From: Actinomycetota bacterium
Lineage (GTDB): Bacteria > Actinomycetota > Actinomycetes > JBMOMH01
Assembly (NCBI GenBank): GCA_049323135.1
Contig: JBMOMH010000295.1
Location: 1-48,623 of the forward strand
Direction of reading: 5' to 3'
Length of the DNA: 48,623 nucleotides
Of the stretch, positions 8,933 through 17,436 are shown one piece after another. The translations under genes and the position numbers were made by a program. The notes under the pieces were generated by a model. The model was given only the letters and a program-made list of their open reading frames with translations, did no database searches and was not told the DNA's origin. How positions within the stretch are numbered: position 1 is the first letter of the stretch; the number at the start of each line of letters is the position of its first letter.

Positions 8933-10302
8933 GGCCCGGCCAGCGGGAGGGAGACGACGAACCGGGCCCCGCCGCCGGGCCGGTCGGTGCACCAGACCGC
9001 CCCGTGGTGGGCGGCCAGGGTCTGCGCGACCAGGGCCAGCCCCAGGCCGGTGCCGGCGGTGGAGCCCCGGCCGCGGGCGACGGTGGCGAACCGTTCGAAG
9101 ATCCGGCTGCGGGCCTCGGCGGGGACGCCGGGGCCGGCGTCGTCGACGTGCACCAGCGCGGTGTCCCCGTCGCGGTGGACGCCGAGGCCGACCACCCCGC
9201 GGCCGTGCCGGTCGGCGTTGTCCAGCAGGTTCACGAACGCCCGCTGCAGGGCGATCTTGTCGGCGAGCACGGGGCAGTCCTCCCCGGGGGCGAGCAGGTC
9301 GGTGGGCCGGCCGGTGTCCCGCAGGGTGTACCAGAGCAGCTCGCGCAGCGACAGCCGTTCGCCGACCCCGTCGCCGACCTGCCAGCCGGCGTCGGCGCGG
9401 GCGAGCTCGATGAGGTCGTCGAGCAGCCGGCGGAAGCGGGACAGCTCGGCGGCGGCCAGGTCGAGGGCGGCCCGGGACCGGGGCGGCAGCGCCTCCCGCT
9501 GCGCGCCGAGCACGTCCATGCTGCCGACCAGGGTGGTCAGCGGGGAGCGCAGCTCGTGGCTGACGTCGCCGGCGAAGCGGGCGTCGCGTTCGATGCGCTG
9601 CTGCAGCGCCTCGACCATGCTGTTGAACGAGCCGACGATGGTGGCCAGGTCGGGGTCGCTGGTGGGGGGCAGCCGGGTGGACAGCTGCCCGGAGGCGATC
9701 TGTACGGCGGTCTCGGCGACCCGGTCCAGCGGCTGGACGACCAGCCGGGCGGCCCGCCAGCCCAGGGCGGCGCCGGCAAGGGTGGCGACGAGGGCGCCCG
9801 CGCCGAGGCCGGCGGCCAGGGCGCGCAGCGTGTTCTCCAGCTCGGCCAGCGAGGTGATCTCGTACAGGGTGGCGCCGACGTCGGGCAGGGGGATGCCGAC
9901 GGCGAGCCGGGGCAGCCCGCCGGAGCGGACCTTCACCTGGGCCGGGCCTTGGGCGACCGCGGTCTGCAGGTCGGCGGGCACGCTCTCGGCGCCGACATCG
10001 AGGGAGGAGGAGAACCAGCGCCCGCCGCGGTGCAGCAGCACCGTGGAGGCGGCGGGCGGGTTGATGGCGGCCAGCACGTCGGTCTCCTTCGCGCCGGCGG
10101 TGCCCAGCTGGGAGCGGGCGAGGTTGGCGTCGACGAAGGCCTGCCGGATGACGGTGTTCTGCCGCTGGTCGATGAGGTAGTTGCGGGCGAAGGCGTACGT
10201 CGACACGGCGAAGGTGGCGGCGACGACGGCGGCACCGACGGCGAAGCCGAGGATGATCCGGGCGCGCAGCCCCCAGGGGGACAGCCCGCGGCGGCGTCTC
10301 AC
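8929..10302 (-). CDS. Sensor histidine kinase (TM-HAMP-HisKA-HATPase_c)
   Basis: 457 aa. It has an N-terminal TM segment, an H-box SHELRSPLT, and N/G boxes (NLLDNADRHG, DDAGPGVP, GTGLGLALV). Confidence 0.9.
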   Translation of the reverse strand: MRRRRGLSPWGLRARIILGFAVGAAVVAATFAVSTYAFARNYLIDQRQNTVIRQAFVDANLARSQLGTAGAKETDVLAAINPPAASTVLLHRGGRWFSSSLDVGAESVPADLQTAVAQGPAQVKVRSGGLPRLAVGIPLPDVGATLYEITSLAELENTLRALAAGLGAGALVATLAGAALGWRAARLVVQPLDRVAETAVQIASGQLSTRLPPTSDPDLATIVGSFNSMVEALQQRIERDARFAGDVSHELRSPLTTLVGSMDVLGAQREALPPRSRAALDLAAAELSRFRRLLDDLIELARADAGWQVGDGVGERLSLRELLWYTLRDTGRPTDLLAPGEDCPVLADKIALQRAFVNLLDNADRHGRGVVGLGVHRDGDTALVHVDDAGPGVPAEARSRIFERFATVARGRGSTAGTGLGLALVAQTLAAHHGAVWCTDRPGGGARFVVSLPLAGP

Positions 10303-10354
10303 CGGACGCCTGCGCGCGCGGTCGTCGGCGTGTGCGCCGGGGTGTCCGCCGGGG

Positions 10355-11071
<717 letters not shown>

Positions 11072-11244
11072 CGTCTCAGGCCCGGGCGGGGTCGCGCAGC
11101 GTCGGGCGCGGCGTACGGCGTGGGACCGGCCGGTGGCGTACCGTCGTCATCAGATCGCAAAGAAGCCGACCGGTTGTTCGCAACATGCGCTGGGCAGTCT
11201 GATGCCCGGCCCAACGAACCCCCGAACCCGTAGGAGGCTCCGCC

Positions 11245-11589
11245 ATGGTCGCTACCGCACCCGTCCTGGACATCACCGAGGTCGTGATCAGTGTCGACGA
11301 CGCGATGTTCGCCGCGATCGACGGGGTGGCGCAGCTGCGGTGGCGGCTGCTGGAGGCGGTGGGCGCGGGGGCGCGCCGGGTGGTCGTGGACCTCTCCGCG
11401 GTGTCCCAGCTGTCCTCGACGGCGGTGGCGGCGCTGCTCGGCGTGCACCGGGTGTGCCGGGCCCGGGGTGGGGCGGTGGTGCTGCGGGGGCCGACGCGGA
11501 GCACGCTGAACCTGCTCTACCGCACCGGCCTGTGGCGGGTCATGCAGGTGGAGGGCGGGCCCCGGCCGGGGCCCGGGCGGAGCTGGTGA
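11245..11589 (+). CDS. STAS-domain protein (anti-sigma-factor antagonist-like)
   Basis: 114 aa with an AGGAGG RBS upstream. It shows the STAS pattern VVVDLSAVSQLSSTAVAALLGVHRVCRARGGAVVLRGP. Confidence 0.8.
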   Translation: MVATAPVLDITEVVISVDDAMFAAIDGVAQLRWRLLEAVGAGARRVVVDLSAVSQLSSTAVAALLGVHRVCRARGGAVVLRGPTRSTLNLLYRTGLWRVMQVEGGPRPGPGRSW

Positions 11590-11599
11590 GGGCCCCGTC

Positions 11600-12190
11600 G
11601 TGTCCGGTCACGCGGCGGCTGGTCCCGTCGCGCCCAGCGGCCTGCGCACGACCCGCCCGGTGGTGGCTCTCGGCTGGTCGGTGCGCTGCGGCGGCGGCCC
11701 CGGGGCCCTGCTCTCCGTGGAGATCCGGCGCAACCGGCTGCGGGTGGCCGTCGGGGAGCTGTGCCTCCCGGAGGGGCCCGGTTGGTACGTCGGGGCCGAC
11801 GGGCTCGGCCCTGGTGGGCTCGGGCCGGGAGAGGCGCTGCCGCGGCGGGAGAGCCTGACCCGGCTCAGCCTCTTCGGCGATGGGCGGGTGCGGGTCACCA
11901 GCCACCTCGCCCCGGCGGTGACCCGGCTGTCGGCCGCCGGGGACCCGGAGCTGCTGCCGGCCGTGCCCGGGCGGGGCCCGGCGCTGGCCGGGGTGGCCGT
12001 GGGGGACGTGCTGGTCGTGCACACGGCGTCGTACCTGGAGGTGGTGGACCCCCAGGCGCTGGCCGGGCTGCGGCGTACGGCGTGCGGGGCGGACGACGCC
12101 GCGACCTTCGCCGCGCTGCTGGCGCTGTCGGCGGCGAGCCGGCCGGTGGCGCGGTGCGCGGCGGTGGCGCTGGTCCGGCGGGTGGGGTAG
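11600..12190 (+). CDS. Hypothetical protein, possibly a degenerate SpoIIE/PP2C-like partner of the STAS protein
   Basis: 196-aa ORF starting 10 nt after the STAS stop. It has only weak motif echoes of SpoIIE-type phosphatases (GDVLVVHTASYLE vs GDxLxLxTDGxxE; TSHLAP vs AGHxP). Coding status rests on position and frame length only. Confidence 0.45.
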   Translation: MSGHAAAGPVAPSGLRTTRPVVALGWSVRCGGGPGALLSVEIRRNRLRVAVGELCLPEGPGWYVGADGLGPGGLGPGEALPRRESLTRLSLFGDGRVRVTSHLAPAVTRLSAAGDPELLPAVPGRGPALAGVAVGDVLVVHTASYLEVVDPQALAGLRRTACGADDAATFAALLALSAASRPVARCAAVALVRRVG

Positions 12191-12218
12191 CGGCCCGGCC
12201 CCTGGCACCATGGGGCCG

Positions 12219-12291
12219 GGGCCGTTAGCTCAACTGGCAGAGCAGCGGACTTTTAATCCGCGGGTTCTGGGTTCGATCCCCAGGCGGCCCA
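12219..12291 (+). tRNA. tRNA-Lys (anticodon UUU)
   Basis: I folded a 73-nt cloverleaf by hand. Acceptor is gggccgt/gcggccc; D arm gctc-aactggca-gagc; anticodon arm gcgga-cTTTTaa-tccgc; variable loop gggtt; T arm ctggg-ttcgatc-cccag; discriminator A. CCA is not encoded. Confidence 0.9.
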
Positions 12292-12440
12292 CTCGCCCGG
12301 CACCTTCATGAGCGGTGTCTTTGCCCCTCGCACGATCCGTGGCCGGCGGTCGGTCTCCGGATGGGCTGGCCCGGCGCTCAGACTGAATCGGCATGACATG
12401 GCTGCTGGTCTGTGGCGCGGGTCTTCGGGACCCTGGAACC

Positions 12441-12794
12441 TCACCACTTCGGCGGATGAACCCTCACCGTCTCTGGCCGTACCTCAATGACGACGTCGGC
12501 CATGCGGTCAAGAACACGCACGATCTCATCGAGGTGGCGCGCCATGACCTGCACGGCATCCGGCTGGGTGCAGCGCAGCCAGACATGCTGCCCGATCGTC
12601 CGATCTCGACGGCGCATGGCGAACCCCATGTCGTGCGAGATCAGGGTGGCGTTCCGCTCGTCAGCGGCAACGCTGATGACGTCATCACCAGCGGTCGGGA
12701 TGCCAACATCAGATGCGGTGAATGCCGCATGTCCAACTTTGCGAAGGAAGAGGGCGAGCTCAGCGTCGACGTCGTTGTCGAGGAAGAAGCGCAC
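12441..12794 (-). CDS. DUF5615-family (PIN-like/Mut7-C-like) putative toxin
   Basis: 117 aa with a GTG start. MRFFLDNDVD...ATLISHD is typical of the DUF5615 proteins that pair with DUF433. GC is visibly lower than in flanking DNA. Confidence 0.7.
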   Translation of the reverse strand: MRFFLDNDVDAELALFLRKVGHAAFTASDVGIPTAGDDVISVAADERNATLISHDMGFAMRRRDRTIGQHVWLRCTQPDAVQVMARHLDEIVRVLDRMADVVIEVRPETVRVHPPKW

Positions 12795-12808
12795 TGGCCG
12801 CAGGGCGG

Positions 12809-13510
12809 CTACGACGCTGTGACCAGAGTCTCCCGCACTGCCTCGATGTCGGCGGGTTCAAGCAGAGGGTAGGCGCGAAGAATGCGCGCGTCATCGTAGC
12901 CCCGCTCCAAGTAGGCAGCGACTGCCTCTACTGGAACTCGGGTTCCGGCGAGCACAGGTTGTGAGCCGTGTACGCGGCGTTTGCGCACGATCCGACCTAC
13001 ATCCCGCCTCGAGCGCTGGCTACGTGCCCGCTGACGCACGGCCGCTCGAATCTCCTCGAGGGGAAGGAACTGTCGTATGACGATCTGGTCGGGAAGGTGC
13101 CCGCCGGCCCACGAGCCGTCCGGACGCTGGAAGTAGATCTCACGGCCGTGCGTCGCAAAGACCACCTCACGGAGAGGGTTTCTGATGCCCTCAGCGCGGA
13201 GGTGCTCTACCGCGGATCGGACGTGCTGCAAGGTGATGTTCTGGCGCAGTAGCTGACCCACTGAGTACAGCTCAACAAGATCGGCAAAGCCGTAGAGGCG
13301 AACGACGTTGCGTGGGCTGATCTCGCGTCGAACGCTTGGGCTAACGAGCCCGGTGCGGTCCCAGTAGTCGACCTGTCGAAGAGTCACGCCGGCGATCTCC
13401 GCCGCCCGCTCGGGTGTCGCCGCGAGAAGATCGTCATCTACCACAGAGCCCACCTCCCCTCTAGACCGGACGGTAGCAGCATCGGCTACCTGGCATCCCG
13501 CCTGTACCAC
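12809..13510 (-). CDS. MerR-type HTH + DUF433 protein (putative antitoxin); start uncertain
   Basis: The N-terminal MerR-like HTH reads AAEIAGVTLRQVDYWDRTGLV. The C-terminal DUF433 signature reads GSQPVLAGTRVPVEAVAAYLERGYDDARILRAYPLLEPADIEAV. It ends 14 nt upstream of the DUF5615 gene. Confidence 0.7.
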   Translation of the reverse strand: MVQAGCQVADAATVRSRGEVGSVVDDDLLAATPERAAEIAGVTLRQVDYWDRTGLVSPSVRREISPRNVVRLYGFADLVELYSVGQLLRQNITLQHVRSAVEHLRAEGIRNPLREVVFATHGREIYFQRPDGSWAGGHLPDQIVIRQFLPLEEIRAAVRQRARSQRSRRDVGRIVRKRRVHGSQPVLAGTRVPVEAVAAYLERGYDDARILRAYPLLEPADIEAVRETLVTAS

Positions 13511-13532
13511 CCCGCAGGTCTTGTAGGCCCAG

Positions 13533-15674
13533 GTGGTGGGAGAGCGGCGGCACTCGCCAGGCGCTGCCAGACGACAAGGGGCAGGACGGCGGAGCGCCCA
13601 CTCGCCGGACCACCCAGACAGGAAACCCCAGGTCAGTGCGCTAGGACGGTGTAGCTGGAGGCATCCGGATCACCCTCATCGTGGCCTCGAATCTGCGGGT
13701 TCTGGGTTCGATCCCGAGACGGCCCACCGCTGGACCTCCGGGCCCCACCTGGTGGCCAACGCGACCGGCACCTTCGGCAGCCCGTCCTGCGGGCCCGCCA
13801 CCCCCTGCGACGACTTCGCCCTCACGGTGCGCACCCCGGCCGGCTACGACGCCACCCACCAGCTCAAGATCAGCCTCCAGTGGCCGAACAGCGCGGCGGA
13901 CTTCGACCTGTACGTGCTGGACGCCGGCGGCGCGACCATCGCCAGCTCGGCCTCCTCCTCGGACCCCGAGACCGTGCTGCTCCCGCCGACGTCGGGCTCG
14001 TACACGGTACGGGTGGTGCCGTACGCCCCCCTCGGGCAGACCGCCACCGGTACGGCGACGCTGCAGGCCAGGCCCACCAACCCGCCGCCGAGCACCGCCA
14101 CCCCGCCGACGTACACCAACTACGCCGCCCCGGCGTACCTGCCCCGGGTGCACGACGCGGGCGAGCCGTCCATTGGCAACAACTTCCGGACCGGCGCGAC
14201 CATGTACCAGGCCTACACCGCCACCTACAAGGTCACCTTCAACGACGCCACCAGTCCGGCGACGGCCAGCTGGAGCGACGCCAGCGCCACGGCGGCCAAC
14301 GGCTGCCCGCAGGGCAGCGTCACCAGCCTCGACCCGATCCTGTTCACCGACCACGTGACCGGCCGCACCTTCGAGTCGCAGCTGGCCGGCAAGACCGCGC
14401 TGACCTGCTACACCGACAGCGACGGGCAGACCTGGACGCCGACGTCCGGCAGCGGCATCAACTCGGGAGTGGACCACCAGACCATCGGCGGCGGCCCGTG
14501 CTCGGCGACCGCGCCCGGGCCGTTGCCGGTCGGCAGCTACCCCAACGCGGTCTACTACTGCTCGCAGGACATCGCCGACGCCAGCTGTGCGGTCAGCCGC
14601 GACGGCGGCCTGACGCACGGGGCCGCGGTGCCGATGTACACGCTGACCCAGTGCGGCGGTTTGCACGGACACGTGAAGGTCGCCCCCGACGGCACGGTGT
14701 ACGTGCCGAACAAGGGCTGCGGCGGGTACCAGGGAGTGGCCGTGTCCACGGACAATGGCACGACCTGGCAGGTGCGCACCAACCCGTACAGCACCCCGGG
14801 CAGCAGTGACCCGTCGGTGGGCATCGGCGCCAACGGCACCGTCTACATGGGATATCAGAACTCCGACGGCACCGCCCGGGTTGCCGTGAGCCACGACAAG
14901 GGCCAGACCTGGCTGTACGACCAGAACGTCGGCGCCGCCCTGGGCATCAAGAACAGCGTGTTCCCGGCGGTCGTCGCCGGTGACGACAACCGTGCCGCGT
15001 TCGCCTTCCTTGGCACCACCACCGGTGGCAACTACCAGGACCAGGCCGCCTTCACCGGCGTCTGGCACCTGTACGTGGCGACCACGTACGACGGCGGCCA
15101 GTCCTGGGTGACCGTGGACGCCACCCCCACCGACCCAGTCCAGAAGGGGTCGATCTGCACGGGTGGGACGACCTGCGGCACCGACCGCAACCTGCTGGAC
15201 TTCATGGACGTCACCATCGACAAGACCGGGCGGGTGCTCGTGGGGTACGCCGACGGGTGCACGGGGGCGTGCGCGACCGGCGGCCCGCAGAACTACGACG
15301 CTCACGCCACCATCGCCCGCCAGGCGTCGGGCCAGACCCTGTTCGGCGCGTTCGACCCGAAGCCCAACCTGCAGGTCGGCGAGGTCCACGAGCGGCAGGA
15401 GGCCGACGGGACGTCGGAGGCCGAGGCCGAGGTGCACAACAACGGTCAGCAGCGCGCGGACGGGGTGCAGGTCCGGTTCGCGCTGCCCGGCGGCCTGTCC
15501 CGGCTCTCCGCCCCGGTGAGCCTGGCCCCCGGCGAGACCCAGCTGGTCCGGGTGACCCTCGGCGTGTTGGCCGCCGGGCGGGCGCTGCTGCGGGTGGTCG
15601 TGGACCCGGCGAACGTCGTCGCCGAGTCCAACGAGGCGGACAACAAGGGGCTGCTGGCGTTCCTCGTGCCGTGA
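13533..15674 (+). CDS. BNR/sialidase-fold (exo-alpha-sialidase-like) protein with a PPC-like N-domain and a CARDB C-domain; apparently 5'-truncated
   Basis: BNR Asp-boxes are present: DSDGQTW, STDNGTTW, SHDKGQTW, TYDGGQSW. The C-terminus is CARDB-like (VDPANVVAESNEADN). The ORF has no signal peptide, and its first ~65 codons read through the tRNA-like repeat. Recognisable homology starts near 13750. Confidence 0.7.
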   Translation: MVGERRHSPGAARRQGAGRRSAHSPDHPDRKPQVSALGRCSWRHPDHPHRGLESAGSGFDPETAHRWTSGPHLVANATGTFGSPSCGPATPCDDFALTVRTPAGYDATHQLKISLQWPNSAADFDLYVLDAGGATIASSASSSDPETVLLPPTSGSYTVRVVPYAPLGQTATGTATLQARPTNPPPSTATPPTYTNYAAPAYLPRVHDAGEPSIGNNFRTGATMYQAYTATYKVTFNDATSPATASWSDASATAANGCPQGSVTSLDPILFTDHVTGRTFESQLAGKTALTCYTDSDGQTWTPTSGSGINSGVDHQTIGGGPCSATAPGPLPVGSYPNAVYYCSQDIADASCAVSRDGGLTHGAAVPMYTLTQCGGLHGHVKVAPDGTVYVPNKGCGGYQGVAVSTDNGTTWQVRTNPYSTPGSSDPSVGIGANGTVYMGYQNSDGTARVAVSHDKGQTWLYDQNVGAALGIKNSVFPAVVAGDDNRAAFAFLGTTTGGNYQDQAAFTGVWHLYVATTYDGGQSWVTVDATPTDPVQKGSICTGGTTCGTDRNLLDFMDVTIDKTGRVLVGYADGCTGACATGGPQNYDAHATIARQASGQTLFGAFDPKPNLQVGEVHERQEADGTSEAEAEVHNNGQQRADGVQVRFALPGGLSRLSAPVSLAPGETQLVRVTLGVLAAGRALLRVVVDPANVVAESNEADNKGLLAFLVP
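13693..13727 (+). repeat. Direct copy of the 3' half of tRNA-Lys (att-like remnant, copy 2)
   Basis: 32 of 35 positions are identical to 12258-12292 (ctgcgggttctgggttcgatcccgagacggcccac). No matching acceptor 5' strand, D arm or anticodon arm lies upstream, so it is not a second tRNA gene. Confidence 0.75.
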
Positions 15675-15754
15675 CCGGGGCCCAGCCGGACACCTGACCG
15701 GAGATCGGGCGCGATCACTACCGCCACCGGCTCCTGCTGGTTCGGGCTCGGCTG

Positions 15755-15781
15755 TCTGGCTTCGACCACCCAGGCGGCCCA
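15755..15781 (+). repeat. Second, more degenerate copy of the tRNA-Lys 3' end (att-like remnant, copy 3)
   Basis: tctggcttcgaccacccaggcggccca compared with tRNA 12266-12291 tctgggttcgatccccaggcggccca. 24 of 26 tRNA positions match with one 1-nt indel. The last 13 nt are identical. Confidence 0.5.
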
Positions 15782-15834
15782 TCGCGTGAGAGGCAGGGTT
15801 CCGGGGCTGGGCTTGTTCGGATGCGTCTGACACA

Positions 15835-16089
15835 ATGCCCCGTGTGCACGTTCGAGTGGTGCGCTCCGGGCGTCGGCACAAGATCGGCAACCGTCGCATC
15901 CTCGAAGCGATGATCAATGCTGGCGTACCAACCGTGATCGGAGACCAGTTGCACTATCTCGGTCCCGACGGGCGTGGGGTACTCCTGGAGATCATCGCGG
16001 TGCCCGACGACCGCCATCCAGGCGGATCTGACGGTCATCCACGCCATGCCCGTCCAGCTTCGACCCGGCCGGAAGTGAACCAGCCATGA
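15835..16089 (+). CDS. Small TA-toxin-like protein (BrnT-like organisation), possibly frameshifted at its C-terminus
   Basis: 84-aa ORF with an ATGA overlap onto the downstream RHH gene. From about 16027 an alternative frame reads DLTVIHAMPVQLRPGRK*, which looks more protein-like than the in-frame tail GGSDGHPRHARPASTRPEVNQP. Confidence 0.4.
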   Translation: MPRVHVRVVRSGRRHKIGNRRILEAMINAGVPTVIGDQLHYLGPDGRGVLLEIIAVPDDRHPGGSDGHPRHARPASTRPEVNQP

Positions 16090-16412
16090 TCGACCCTCGC
16101 AAGTACGTCGTCCCGCGCGATGCCAGCATCGAGGACGTTGACCTTGATGTGGAGGAGGTGCGCCTACGGGATGGCCAGCGACTGACGAACGAACTCGCCG
16201 AGCAGCTGGCCCGGCAGACTCTGGTGGAGGCGCGCCGCCGCAACCTCGTCCCAGGGCGCAAGTCGCTCACGGGGGGCTCCATCCACTCGCCACGGGTGCA
16301 GTTCCGGGTGCCCGAAGGTCTGCGCGAAGCCGCCGAACGTCGCGCCGCAGAGGAGGGCGTGAGCTTGTCCGAGCTGGCCCGGGAGGCCCTGGAACGCTAC
16401 CTGGCTTCGTAG
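16086..16412 (+). CDS. Ribbon-helix-helix (CopG/BrnA-like) antitoxin-type protein
   Basis: 108 aa. The C-terminal RHH reads RVQFRVPEGLREAAERRAAEEGVSLSELAREALERYL. Confidence 0.7.
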   Translation: MIDPRKYVVPRDASIEDVDLDVEEVRLRDGQRLTNELAEQLARQTLVEARRRNLVPGRKSLTGGSIHSPRVQFRVPEGLREAAERRAAEEGVSLSELAREALERYLAS

Positions 16413-16486
16413 TGTCCGGACGTCGACGGACTTGGGGGGGCGCCACTCCCCCGCCTTCGCACCGACCTGGCGACCTTCCCGAGGAC

Positions 16487-16717
16487 TCACGCGGTGACGA
16501 CTTCGGCGAAGGCGAGGAGGACGTTCACGACGTCGCGCCATCTGCCGGTAGCGACCAAGTCAAGCGGCTTTTCGTAGTCCAAGGCGGGGACTGGACTGTG
16601 CAGCCACTGCCGCGCGGCCTCGTCGCTGAAGACGCGGCGGGCGAGATCGAGCACCGTCTTCAGTTCGAGGAGACGTTCCTCGGTCTCCCGGCGCGGCGAG
16701 ACGTCGTGGTGCTGCCA
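16487..16717 (-). pseudogene. Orphan DUF2384 (Xre/MbcA/ParS-type antitoxin C-terminal domain) stub
   Basis: The C-terminal ~75 codons of track ORF 16487..17152 read ETEERLLELKTVLDLARRVFSDEAARQWLHSPVPALDYEKPLDLVATGRWRDVVNVLLAF, a clear DUF2384 pattern. There is no nearby start codon. The upstream part of the ORF is S/R-rich antisense junk, and no RES-type toxin follows. Confidence 0.4.
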
Positions 16718-16744
16718 GCGACTGTCCGATCCGCTCGCTGCGGT

Positions 16745-17327
16745 GTGCCCGGCCCGCGGGGAGCCGTGCTCGCCGTACTGACACGCACCGACTCGCCGCT
16801 GACTGGTCGTACCGTCGCGTCGCTGGTGACCCCACGGGCCAGCCTGCGGACCGTCCAACTGGCCTTGGACGACCTGGTCGCACACGGCCTGGTTAGCCGG
16901 TCGGGCGTATCTGTACGCGCTCAACCGGGACCATCTGGCCGTACCCGCTGTCGTCAGCCTTGTCGGGCTTCGTGAAGAGCTCCTCGATCGGATCCGCTCG
17001 ACGGTTGGCGCCTGGAGGCGGCCGGCAGATGCGATCTGGCTGTACGGGTCGGCTGCCCGCAGGGAGGACACGCGGGACAGCGACCTCGACCTGCTCGTGC
17101 TGCGCCCCGACGAGACGGACGGCGAGGATCCAACGTGGCAGGGGCAGCTCACCAGCCTGGCCGAGCAGGTTCACCGCTGGACCGGCAACCGTTGCGAGGT
17201 CCTGGAGCTGTCCGAGGCCGAACTGGCCCACGCCGTCGCCGACGGCGACCGGTTGAGCCGCGACCTGCTGCGCGACGCGGTGGGTGTGGTCGGACCCGCA
17301 CCTCGTCAGGTGCTGAGCGGGGGGTGA
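16745..17327 (+). pseudogene. Winged-helix + nucleotidyltransferase (pol-beta fold) protein, frameshifted near 16895-16905
   Basis: One frame (2 mod 3) reads VLAVLTRTDSPLTGRTVASLV...LALDDLVAHGLVSRS. The next frame continues GRAYLYALNRDHLAVPAV...IWLYGSAARREDTRDSDLDLLVLRPDE...EVLELSEAEL (GS-x-AR...DxD NTase motif). One coding sequence is split over two frames. Confidence 0.6.
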
Positions 17328-17436
17328 CCCGATCACCGACGCGCCTGCTTGAGGCCGCCGACGCCACGGTCCGCTGACCGGGGCAGCCGACGCGACTCCA
17401 CCCCTACTGTCCGACCGCGCCGCTAGCCTGGCGCCG

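Noticed and set aside
13645-13728. A possible complete second tRNA gene ending in the tRNA-Lys-like 3' sequence.
   Set aside because: Only the T-arm and acceptor 3' half is recognisable, and its T-stem is itself mismatched. No complementary acceptor 5' strand, D arm or anticodon stem could be folded from the upstream 50 nt.
13641-15917. 758-aa minus-strand ORF antisense to the BNR/sialidase-like gene. The same applies to 18448..20760 minus (antisense to the helicase), 25896..29306 minus (antisense to the DUF499 ATPase), 22631..25076 minus and 39148..40671 minus.
   Set aside because: These have low-complexity R/G/P/A composition and no motifs. Each lies fully opposite a gene with strong family signatures.
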